Virus record (IMG/VR): IMGVR_UViG_3300024262_003389
Span: 1 to 24,645 of that record
DNA from: a virus
Lineage: Duplodnaviria; Caudoviricetes
DNA: 24,645 bases
Strand: one strand, 5' to 3'
Shown here: positions 8,198-16,349 of the stretch, in pieces
How the letters are laid out: each line of letters starts with the position of its first letter
Position numbering within the stretch: position 1 is the stretch's first letter
Notes under the pieces: model-generated
Database searches by the model: none
Seen by the model: only the letters and a program-made list of their open reading frames with translations
Told to the model about the DNA's origin: nothing
Position numbers and translations under genes: made by a program

Positions 8198-8808
8198 GCA
8201 ATCAAAGAAGAAGGGCGTTGATTCTGTTCAGCGGTGGAGCTGACTCTGTTCTAATGGTGATGCAGGCCATAAAGATGAGCTTGGACTTCACTGTTCTGGT
8301 CTACTGCTATGGACAAGTCCACGAAGAAGAGGTCGACGCCGCACGAGAGCTGATTAGCAAGCTGCGCAACGAAGGGAGAACGATCCCCTCTCTGCACCTT
8401 GACCTTACAGGGTGTTTTGAAGCCAGCAGGTCCAGGTTGCTCAAGCAAGTGTGCGACCGCCCCATCAATAGTGATGACATAGGGAGGGATCTGGGTGTAC
8501 ATTCTGCTCACGTCCCCTCCAGAAATGCTGTGTTTGTTTCTGTGGCACTGAGTGTTGCGGAGAGCAGGGGCTACGACGAAGTGTGGATTGGTTGTGACTA
8601 CAGTGATAGAGTAAACGGGTTCCCCGACTGCCGACAGGAGTGGGTAGAGGCAATGGACAAGGTGGCGGAGCTCAACAGCCCATACCGTGTGAGAGTAAAG
8701 GCCCCCCTGCTGGGCTTGACAAAAGAAGACGTCCTTGAAAGGTTGGCACTGCACGGTATCGTCGTTAAGGAAATTTTTTCCGGATATGGGGACCACTTGC
8801 CTTCCTGA
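8194..8808 (+). CDS. queC: 7-cyano-7-deazaguanine synthase-like PP-loop ATPase lacking the C-terminal Zn cysteines
   Basis: ILFSGGADS, YGQVH..E, VPSRNAVF, FPDCRQEW, APLLGLTK; ends IFSGYGDHLPS. Confidence 0.88.
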   Translation: MSNQRRRALILFSGGADSVLMVMQAIKMSLDFTVLVYCYGQVHEEEVDAARELISKLRNEGRTIPSLHLDLTGCFEASRSRLLKQVCDRPINSDDIGRDLGVHSAHVPSRNAVFVSVALSVAESRGYDEVWIGCDYSDRVNGFPDCRQEWVEAMDKVAELNSPYRVRVKAPLLGLTKEDVLERLALHGIVVKEIFSGYGDHLPS

Positions 8809-8819
8809 GGACGATAGTA
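8793..8819 (+). promoter_or_regulatory. Bipartite putative phage promoter, copy 4 (overlaps queC 3' end)
   Basis: CCACTTGC-N10-ACGATAGTA followed by TAGT; TAAGGAAATTTT at 8766-8777. Confidence 0.68.
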
Positions 8820-8868
8820 TAGTGTCCAGCAGTAGCAACAGGTAACATAATCAGGAGAGAACAAGAAG

Positions 8869-9255
8869 ATGCCACCAGAGAATGATACCGCTGCATTGAC
8901 CCGCCTCACAGAAAAGGCCTACAGCCCGCTCGTTATCCGCAAGATCACCAAGTTCGGTTTCCCCATTTACGTCGGTATCATAACAGACGACAACCTCGAC
9001 AGCCTAGACCAGGTTGTCGTGTCGTTTGTCCAATCCGAGATTGACAAGTGGAAGAGCGACAGCATACAGGACAAGCGCTGGCTTGCAGGCGCCCTGTGTG
9101 ACCTACTGACAGCCACGTTCAAAAAGACAGAGGGGGTGGCTGTCACTCTCTACATTGACAAGACGTGCATATCAAGTCTCTACGGAGACTTTATGAATCA
9201 CGCGATGTGCCGTTCAGAGTACTACAGCCTCTTAATTATGGGGACAGGAGTATGA
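8869..9255 (+). CDS. Hypothetical protein, possible degenerate T-fold
   Basis: AGGAG upstream; ATGA overlap with next gene. Apparent beta-beta-alpha-alpha-beta-beta pattern by eye. Confidence 0.65.
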   Translation: MPPENDTAALTRLTEKAYSPLVIRKITKFGFPIYVGIITDDNLDSLDQVVVSFVQSEIDKWKSDSIQDKRWLAGALCDLLTATFKKTEGVAVTLYIDKTCISSLYGDFMNHAMCRSEYYSLLIMGTGV

Positions 9256-9800
9256 GAGTTCTAAACCTGGGATGTGGCTCGGACATCAGAAAGGACATCG
9301 ACGGAGAGGAGTGGTGGAATGTCGACACCAACCCCCCCGCCTATAGGAGCGAGAACGCCAGGGTGTTGGAGTTGGACTGCCGAAAGATTGCCTCCTACTT
9401 TGAGGAGGGGTTCTTCGACAGGGTGTTCGCAAGTTTCCTATTCGAGCATATTGAAGTGGCCGCTCTGCCGGCGCTGTTATGGAACATTCATCGTGTTCTC
9501 GCGGCGAATGGTGAATTGCTGGTCCATGTCCCAAACATGCAAGCCATCCTCCGTGAGTATGAAAGGCAGTTCTCAGGGGATACAGACGAGAACGAAGAGG
9601 ACAAAGATCCTACTTTCATCACAATGATTGTCAATCCACTTCGGATCTTTGGGGATGAACAGGTTACTCAGCACCGAAGTATATGGACGCCGGCGGTGGG
9701 GCAATACTACCTGGAGATGGAGGGTCTGTTCAGGGTTGTTGACGTGACACAGAAGTGTGACCCAGACTGGACAGTGGTCTATCTTGCAAGAAAGGTGTGA
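9252..9800 (+). CDS. Class I SAM-dependent methyltransferase
   Basis: VLNLGCG motif I, NVD, FDRVFASFLFEHI, HRVLAANGELLVHVP. AGGAG RBS. Confidence 0.88.
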   Translation: MRVLNLGCGSDIRKDIDGEEWWNVDTNPPAYRSENARVLELDCRKIASYFEEGFFDRVFASFLFEHIEVAALPALLWNIHRVLAANGELLVHVPNMQAILREYERQFSGDTDENEEDKDPTFITMIVNPLRIFGDEQVTQHRSIWTPAVGQYYLEMEGLFRVVDVTQKCDPDWTVVYLARKV

Positions 9801-9804
9801 CCAA

Positions 9805-10362
9805 ATGTCAGAAGCAGAAGTCCCAAGACATCTTTTCTTTGCTCCACACGTTGATGATGCCTTTATAGGCTGTTGGTCGGTGCTTTACTACGTGGAGATC
9901 CCCGCCCGTAAGATCATCTACACAGAGAAGGTGGATGAGGTGAGGGGGCGGGAAGCTTCGGAGATGCGAGACGCCTGGGGCGTAGACATTGCGTTTGTGG
10001 ATGGTGTTCGTGGCGCCATCGAAGAACTACAGAAAAACATCAGGGAGAATAAAAGGCTTGGTCGGCCATCCCTAAAAGTCTACGCCCCAGACTTCTACTT
10101 TGAGACCCACCCCGCGCACAGAGCTCTAGGCTGTGCTCTATGGAATGAAGTGGGACCCATAGTGGATAAGAGGTTCTTTGTCTATTCCACCAATATGAAT
10201 GTCCCGTATCTGCGGGAGCTTGACGAAAAGGACGCCAGGATCAAACGCGCCGCACTCGACAAGTACTTCCCTTCCCAATCAAGTCTTTGGGATCACGATC
10301 ACAGGTATTTTCTCTTTGAGGGTATTGCACAGTGGGATCCGTGGACTGCCATAACAGACTGA
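9805..10362 (+). CDS. PIG-L/LmbE family de-N-acetylase-like protein
   Basis: FFAPHVDDAFIGC (PHxDD), R.REA, ETHPAHRALG (HxxH), K.AAL..YFPSQ. Confidence 0.82.
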   Translation: MSEAEVPRHLFFAPHVDDAFIGCWSVLYYVEIPARKIIYTEKVDEVRGREASEMRDAWGVDIAFVDGVRGAIEELQKNIRENKRLGRPSLKVYAPDFYFETHPAHRALGCALWNEVGPIVDKRFFVYSTNMNVPYLRELDEKDARIKRAALDKYFPSQSSLWDHDHRYFLFEGIAQWDPWTAITD

Positions 10363-11300
10363 TACTCGTACCCCAGATGCCCGTGGACATGAGGTATACG
10401 AGTTGGTGGATTGCAGAGTTGGACAGACACCTCTCCAAGTTCTACAAAGACTTTGTCATTCTGGGCAGAACATTGCCCTCCCACGGGGACCTCCGTGTCT
10501 TTGCGCCAATGGATTTAGCCCTCCAATACGAACTTGAGCAGATGGAGGAATACATGAAGCTGGACGTCACAGAGAACGACGTCCTGCTCAATTGCGATTT
10601 GAGTTACCCCGGCCTGTTTCACACCTTGCTATTCCACAGAAGGCCGGGGCGGGCGGTTGCGTTCTGCCATGCCACAGCGAGAAATCGCTATGACATTTTC
10701 ACCAAGGTTCGGCAGCACAAATGGCTGGCAGAGCGGGCAGCGGCAGGCCTGTATGATTCTGTATTGGTCGCCTCAGACTATCACATGCAGAAGCTGAGGT
10801 GGCCCAACTTGAGATGCACCAATGGCCTGCCGCTGCCACCCGCCTACCTCCTCCCTACCAAGGCTGTAGGGGGGAGGGAGTTCCTTATGGGCAGTGTATC
10901 CCGCCCCTGCCGACAAAAGGTGGACAGGCGGGTAGAGGGGCTGTTAGAGGAAACGGTGGGCCGTAAGGTGCATCGCTTCCACCATCCTTACTGGAAGGAG
11001 TACTACACCTTCCTTGACAGGGTAAAGTATCTCATCATCACAGCCAGTGAGGAGACCTTTGGCTACCAGGTAATGGATGCGCTGCTCAGGGGATGTACGC
11101 CCATTGCTCCCAGGTGCTTCTCCTATCCAGAACTCCTCCCAGACTGGCTTCTGTATGATGCTTCGGGAACATCGGCGCAGAAAGCGGATTGCATTGCTGA
11201 GATTGTGGGAAGCGGTAAGACGTACAATGATCCTGACAAACCCGCAGCCTGGTCTCAGAACTTCTATCTAGAACTCATCAGGGCGTTGAAAGGAAAATGA
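10332..11300 (+). CDS. GT-B fold (family 4-like) glycosyltransferase
   Basis: C-terminal ASEETFGYQVMDALLRGCTPIAP...SYPELLP signature; VLVASDYH. Confidence 0.83.
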   Translation: MGSVDCHNRLILVPQMPVDMRYTSWWIAELDRHLSKFYKDFVILGRTLPSHGDLRVFAPMDLALQYELEQMEEYMKLDVTENDVLLNCDLSYPGLFHTLLFHRRPGRAVAFCHATARNRYDIFTKVRQHKWLAERAAAGLYDSVLVASDYHMQKLRWPNLRCTNGLPLPPAYLLPTKAVGGREFLMGSVSRPCRQKVDRRVEGLLEETVGRKVHRFHHPYWKEYYTFLDRVKYLIITASEETFGYQVMDALLRGCTPIAPRCFSYPELLPDWLLYDASGTSAQKADCIAEIVGSGKTYNDPDKPAAWSQNFYLELIRALKGK

Positions 11301-12217
11301 CAGTGGTGGCATCTACAGATAAAGAAAAACTCTTTTTGGGGTGGGCCAACATAGCCCATCGCAGTGAGAGGATCGCCAAAAAGATTATGGGCGAGAAGGG
11401 CTGCACAGGACTCGTGAGGATCTACGGTGTGCCAAGAGGTGGGATCTACGCTGCCCAATCTGTCCACACAGCTCTGCAGATCTGCGGCGCCAAGTCTCTT
11501 CTTGTTAAACGCGCCACTATGGCAGATGTTGTTATTGACGACATTATTGACAGTGGGAGCACGAAAGATTGGTATAAGGCCCACTATCCCAGCCTGCCGT
11601 TCTATGCGTTGGTGAATAAGGAGGAGGCAGATCTGGTAGATTGGGTTGTTTTCCCCTGGGAGGAGATGCAAGGGGAGATGGGGCCCGAAGAGAACATCGT
11701 CCGGATCATTGAGCATATAGGAGAAAACCCCCTCAGAGAAGGACTGGTGGGCACACCGAAGAGAATCCTCAAGTCCTTTGAAACGCTCTACAGCGGATAC
11801 TCGCAAGACCCGGCAAATCTGCTGACAACCTTTGTTGATGGAGCGTGTGACCAAATGGTTGTCCTGCGGGACATTGAGTTCTTCTCCACGTGTGAGCACC
11901 ATATGCTGCCGTTCTTCGGTAGAGCTCATATAGGCTACATACCTGAGGGCAGAGTGATAGGTGTGTCAAAGCTGGCAAGGCTCCTTGAGGTTTTCTCACG
12001 CCGCCTACAGATACAGGAGAGGATAGGGGATCAGGTGACGGGTGCTCTTATGGAGCATCTGCAGCCACAAGGATGTGGCTGCATTCTAGAAGCGAAGCAC
12101 CTCTGTATGACGTGTCGGGGCGTGGGGAAGCAGAATAGTGTGATGATCACGTCCTCTATGAAAGGGACGTTCCTGCAGCAGGACGTCAAACAGGAGTTCT
12201 TGGGATTCATTAAATGA
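11297..12217 (+). CDS. folE: Type I phosphoribosyltransferase domain fused to GTP cyclohydrolase I
   Basis: N-terminus: YGVPRGG, VIDDIIDSGST (PRPP loop), WVVFPWE. C-terminus: REGLVGTPKR, STCEHHMLPFFG, GVSKLAR, RRLQIQE, HLCMTCRG. Confidence 0.93.
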   Translation: MTVVASTDKEKLFLGWANIAHRSERIAKKIMGEKGCTGLVRIYGVPRGGIYAAQSVHTALQICGAKSLLVKRATMADVVIDDIIDSGSTKDWYKAHYPSLPFYALVNKEEADLVDWVVFPWEEMQGEMGPEENIVRIIEHIGENPLREGLVGTPKRILKSFETLYSGYSQDPANLLTTFVDGACDQMVVLRDIEFFSTCEHHMLPFFGRAHIGYIPEGRVIGVSKLARLLEVFSRRLQIQERIGDQVTGALMEHLQPQGCGCILEAKHLCMTCRGVGKQNSVMITSSMKGTFLQQDVKQEFLGFIK

Positions 12218-13038
12218 CAACCATACCTCTTATGATTGACAGCGGAGCTTACTCAGCCTTCTACCAAGGTGGTGAGGTTGATATAGAGGAGTACATTGAC
12301 TTTATCAAACGGATATTGGTAGGCAAGCCAGACGTTGTCTACATTTCGCTTGATGTGATAAACAACGGCAAGGCGACCTACAAGAACTGGCAGAGAATGA
12401 AGAGGGCGGGGCTGCAACCAATCCCTGTCTACCACGCGGTTACAGATGAGAAGTGGCTCCAAAAATACTTGGCCCAGACAGACCATATCGCCATTGGTGC
12501 TGTGGCTAAGATGGCCTCATCACAAAGGAAGGTTGCTCTGGATAGACTGTGGAGTAATTACCTCACGGACAAAGAAGGGTGGCCCCTCTACAAAGTCCAC
12601 GGCTTTGCAGTGACAGGCTTCTCTCTTATGAAGAGATACCCGTGGCACTCACTTGACTCCACCTCTTGGCTACAGAGTGCAATGTATGGCAAAGTCCTTG
12701 TTCCCCACCGCAGAGCAGGCCAATGGGACTACTCCCGCAAGCCCCACTCAGTTTTCTTCTCGAACAGAAGCCCACAGATAAAGAACCGTGGGGAGCATAT
12801 TGAAACAGTCTCCCCGCTGACCAGGCAGTTGGTGCTTGATTACATTGCACACCTAGGATCAAGTTACGGAGTGTCCAAGTTTGATAAGGAAGGGAAGGAA
12901 GAGATTGTGGAACCGGGCATCTGCAATGACTGGATGTTGAGAGCAAGGATGAACGCTTGGTTCTACACCAAGTTCCTTGCGCAGCTTGCGTGGCCCAGAC
13001 AATTCAAAATAGAGAAATCAGCAGGGTTCTTCATCTAA
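12214..13038 (+). CDS. dpdA: DpdA/TGT-like guanine transglycosylase (TIM barrel)
   Basis: LMIDSGAYS, ISLDVI, IPVYH, IAIGAV, KVHGFA, YPWHSLDSTSW; adjacent to preQ0 synthesis genes. Confidence 0.8.
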   Translation: MTTIPLMIDSGAYSAFYQGGEVDIEEYIDFIKRILVGKPDVVYISLDVINNGKATYKNWQRMKRAGLQPIPVYHAVTDEKWLQKYLAQTDHIAIGAVAKMASSQRKVALDRLWSNYLTDKEGWPLYKVHGFAVTGFSLMKRYPWHSLDSTSWLQSAMYGKVLVPHRRAGQWDYSRKPHSVFFSNRSPQIKNRGEHIETVSPLTRQLVLDYIAHLGSSYGVSKFDKEGKEEIVEPGICNDWMLRARMNAWFYTKFLAQLAWPRQFKIEKSAGFFI

Positions 13039-13232
13039 TGACTATGATATACTTCAGTGGAGAGAACTCCCCTATCGAAAAGTTCATTTGTGAGAGGCCC
13101 GAGGAATTCTCAGGAGCTGGTGTCCTGTTGAGTTACTGGTCTCTGCGAAACGGGGAGGACCGCGTCTCCCATCGACGGATGCACTCAATTATAGAAGGGA
13201 ACGTTAAATGCAAGGCAACCGAAAAGAAGTAG
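13038..13232 (+). CDS. Small protein (64 aa), possibly a detached N-terminal piece of the DpdA-like barrel
   Basis: TAATG stop/start overlap with dpdA; MIYFSG...GVLLSYW. Confidence 0.6.
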   Translation: MTMIYFSGENSPIEKFICERPEEFSGAGVLLSYWSLRNGEDRVSHRRMHSIIEGNVKCKATEKK

Positions 13233-14245
13233 AAGCCCTGTTTGGTAGGGTAGCAGTGGGCCTTTCAAGAAAGGAGCTGTTGGAGCAGTCTAATTGCTTC
13301 ATCTTCCAAGGGGGCAGAGTGTCCACCTTCAACGACGAGATAATGGCGGAGGCGGACAGTCCCTTTGACATAGAGGGGGCTGTGCCCGCTGAGCTGCTGC
13401 TCAAGCTCCTGTCCAAGTTCCCTGATGAGGTTCTGGCTGTTACCAGCGATAGCACAGAGTTGAAGATCAAGGGCAAGCGCAAGAAGGCGGGGGTCGCATT
13501 CTCTGCAGACATACACCTGCCCATCAGTGAGGTTCCCACAGCGTCTGAATGGCACGAGTTGGGGGAAGAGATCCCCCCGATGCTGAGGCGGGCAGCGATG
13601 ACCTGCGGCAATGATGAGACTCAGTACCAGACAACCTGCGTCCATGTTACTGAGAACATGATCGAGGCATGCGACAACTATCGCCTCTTCCGCGCCACAA
13701 TGCCAACTGGCTTCCCTTCCGAGATCCTCATCCCCGGGCCAATCGTTGGGGCTATCTGTCGGTTCACTTTGACAGAAGTCTCTGTTGGAGAAGGCTGGTG
13801 CTTCTTCAAAACAAAGGAGGGAGTGGATCTTTCCGTCCGCTGCTCACACGAGTCCTACAAGCTAAAGACGGACGACGTTTTGAATGTCCAAGGTGGTGAG
13901 AGACTTTCACTGCCCGTAGACCTTCCCTCGATTCTCGAACGGGCAGAGATTATGGTTGAAACAGGATATGACGCAACAGTCCTGGTCAACATAGAAGAGG
14001 GAAGGATGTCTGTCAAGTCCCGCAAAGATGGCGGCTGGTATCAGGAGTCCAAGAAGGTCAAGTACAAGGGACCCGGCATCGCCTTCGAAGTCCACCCGAA
14101 GTTCCTTGCAGAGATACTGGATTTCACAAGGCGCGTCGTTGTGGCTGACGGCAGGATGAAGCTGAGCAAGGCTCCCATTGAGTTCGTTGTTGGGTTGGCA
14201 AAGGGCGGGGACGAAGAGATGGTCGAGGAAGAGTCCGAGGAGTAA
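13208..14245 (+). CDS. DNA sliding clamp, DnaN (beta)-like
   Basis: About 345 aa with repeated beta-alpha-beta pattern. EGAVPAELLLKLLSKFPDE, EACDNYRL (cf. ATDGHRL), ILERAEIM, FEVHPKFLAEIL. Clamp loader nearby. Confidence 0.78.
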   Translation: MQGNRKEVEALFGRVAVGLSRKELLEQSNCFIFQGGRVSTFNDEIMAEADSPFDIEGAVPAELLLKLLSKFPDEVLAVTSDSTELKIKGKRKKAGVAFSADIHLPISEVPTASEWHELGEEIPPMLRRAAMTCGNDETQYQTTCVHVTENMIEACDNYRLFRATMPTGFPSEILIPGPIVGAICRFTLTEVSVGEGWCFFKTKEGVDLSVRCSHESYKLKTDDVLNVQGGERLSLPVDLPSILERAEIMVETGYDATVLVNIEEGRMSVKSRKDGGWYQESKKVKYKGPGIAFEVHPKFLAEILDFTRRVVVADGRMKLSKAPIEFVVGLAKGGDEEMVEEESEE

Positions 14246-14246
14246 G

Positions 14247-15440
14247 ATGGGCTTCTTTAACGCCGCGGATATACAACAGGTTCCACAACAGGCGAAGAGG
14301 CTTTCCCACTGCGGCAGATGTGGGCTGGCACAGCGCTGCATCACCCCGAGGATGGAACCTACGGGGCAAGGGGAGAGGAGCGTCCTGTTTGTAGCAGAGG
14401 CTCCTGGGGAGACTGAGGACCGCAGAGGGGTGCAGCTTGTCGGGGACGCCGGGAAGCTGCTGAGGCGAGAGCTGCGCAGTATAGGGGAGGATCTGGACGA
14501 GTGCTGGAAGACCAACGCGGTTATCTGTCGTCCCCCCGGCAATCGCATGAAAGACGTCTACATTGAATGCTGCCGCCCCAACTTGCTGCGCACAGTCCGA
14601 GAGCTCAAACCTAATGTAATCGTTGCGCTCGGGGGTTCCGCTACACAGTCCCTCCTACCACTGGACACCAAGCTCAAGCTCAAGCCCGCAACCAAATGGA
14701 ATGGTTATACAATACCCAGCCCGTTCTACAATGCCTGGATCTGCCCCACCTTCCATCCGTCCTTCATTAAGAGGATGGACGAGAACCCTGTTCTGCTGCT
14801 TCTGTTCAAGGAACATTTGAAGCAGGCCTTTGCATTGGCCTCTAATCCCCCTCAAGTGCATAGCCTCGAGGACCTGAGCAAACAGGTTGAGGTGATCATT
14901 GATCCCAAGAAGGGCAGGAGCAGGATGCGGGACCTGTGTGACGCAGAGGGGCTGCTGGCCTTCGACTATGAGACTACAGGGTTGAAACCTGAGAGGAAAG
15001 GGCACAGGATTGTCACGTGCTCATTCTGTTTGGATGGTGAAGATACCTTTGCTTGCCCAATTGAAGAGAAGTCATTGGGCGTTCTTTCCCGGGTGTTGAG
15101 AAACCCAAAGCTGGGGAAGATAGCCTCCAATATGAAGTTCGAGGAGCGGTGGTCCCACTTCTTCCTTGGACACGGTGTCGAGAACTGGTACTGGGACACA
15201 ATGCTCAACGCCCACATCATTGATAATATGCCTGGCATAACATCGCTTAAGTTCCAAGCCTATGTCCACTTTGGTGTGGGGGATTATGACTCTCATATAA
15301 AGCCCTATCTGCATTCTTCCAACCCCACAAGGATGAACAGGATAGACAAAGTCGAGTTGAAGTCCCTGCTTCTATACAATGGGCTCGATGCTCTGCTGGA
15401 GTACATGTTGATGGAGAAACAGAGGGAGGTGCTTCATTGA
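14247..15440 (+). CDS. Family 4 uracil-DNA glycosylase-like domain fused to PolA-type 3'-5' exonuclease (N-terminal half of split polymerase)
   Basis: UDG: CGRC, VAEAPGETED, TNAVICRPP, ALGG, TFHPS. Exonuclease: FDYETTGL, SNMKFE, DTML, YNGLDA. Confidence 0.9.
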   Translation: MGFFNAADIQQVPQQAKRLSHCGRCGLAQRCITPRMEPTGQGERSVLFVAEAPGETEDRRGVQLVGDAGKLLRRELRSIGEDLDECWKTNAVICRPPGNRMKDVYIECCRPNLLRTVRELKPNVIVALGGSATQSLLPLDTKLKLKPATKWNGYTIPSPFYNAWICPTFHPSFIKRMDENPVLLLLFKEHLKQAFALASNPPQVHSLEDLSKQVEVIIDPKKGRSRMRDLCDAEGLLAFDYETTGLKPERKGHRIVTCSFCLDGEDTFACPIEEKSLGVLSRVLRNPKLGKIASNMKFEERWSHFFLGHGVENWYWDTMLNAHIIDNMPGITSLKFQAYVHFGVGDYDSHIKPYLHSSNPTRMNRIDKVELKSLLLYNGLDALLEYMLMEKQREVLH

Positions 15441-16339
15441 GAACGCCTTTCCCTTGGTACGGGGGCAAAACAAAGGTCGCCAAGCCAGTATGGCGGAGGC
15501 TGGGCAATGTCCGGAATTACATTGAGCCCTTCTTTGGTGCAGGGGCAGTGCTGCTCAACCGCCCGACAAAGCCACGTTTGGAAACGGTTAACGACAAAGA
15601 CTGTTTCATTGCGAACTTCTTCCGTGCAGTACAGCAGGACGTTGATGCCGTTATCAAGTACGCGGATTGGCCCGTCAATGGGGCAGACCTTTGGGCGAGA
15701 AACAAGTGGCTCTGTGGTATGGCAGAGAATCTGATTGAAGACCCAGACTTCTGTGACCCGAAGGTTGCTGGTTGGTGGGTATGGGGACAGGGTTGTTGGA
15801 TAGGCAGTGGTTGGGCTTGCTCAAACAAAATGTCACGCCCTGACCTCACACCAAAGGGGATACATAGGATAAGGCCCCATCTGGGCAGGCCTATGGGAGT
15901 CACCCGCGAAGAGGAGGTTGGTCTATACCTGAAGGCTTTGTGGAAAAGAATGAGGTATGTCCGCGTGTGCTGTGGCGACTGGGAGCAGATTTGCAACCCG
16001 GACGTGATGGCGTACGCTGGGATGACAGGCGTGCTCTTCGACCCTCCCTATTCCGAAGAGGCGGACAGGGACAATCATATCTACAGAGAAGAGGACTTGG
16101 CTGTGGCCCATAGGGTAAGGGAGTGGTGCCTGGCGAACGCTGACAATAAGAACATCCGTATTGCCCTTTGTGGCTATGAGGAAGAGCACAAGATGCCGGA
16201 TGATTGGGAGGTCCTTGTCTGGAGAGCTGGTGGGGGAGGGGCAACCAAAGCAGACACCCCAGCGAAGAGGAACAGACTGCGGGAACGAATATGGTTCTCT
16301 CCCTCATGCTTAAAGCCCCAGAGAGGAACATTGTTTTGA
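15437..16339 (+). CDS. Dam-like (D12 class) DNA adenine methyltransferase
   Basis: PFPWYGGK, YIEPFFGAGAV, ETVND, FDPPY. TTG start overlapping upstream TGA, GGAGG RBS. Confidence 0.88.
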   Translation: MRTPFPWYGGKTKVAKPVWRRLGNVRNYIEPFFGAGAVLLNRPTKPRLETVNDKDCFIANFFRAVQQDVDAVIKYADWPVNGADLWARNKWLCGMAENLIEDPDFCDPKVAGWWVWGQGCWIGSGWACSNKMSRPDLTPKGIHRIRPHLGRPMGVTREEEVGLYLKALWKRMRYVRVCCGDWEQICNPDVMAYAGMTGVLFDPPYSEEADRDNHIYREEDLAVAHRVREWCLANADNKNIRIALCGYEEEHKMPDDWEVLVWRAGGGGATKADTPAKRNRLRERIWFSPSCLKPQRGTLF

Positions 16340-16349
16340 AGGAGAAGAG

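Noticed and set aside
4945-13038. Host-type queuosine tRNA modification operon
   Set aside because: No QueF, QueA or QueG. The TGT-like protein lacks the bacterial TGT Zn motif, and the cluster sits in a phage replication module.
15437-16349. Intron or intein interrupting the polymerase
   Set aside because: The insert is filled by an MTase ORF with no room for a ribozyme core, there is no homing endonuclease, and both polymerase parts have their own stop or RBS.
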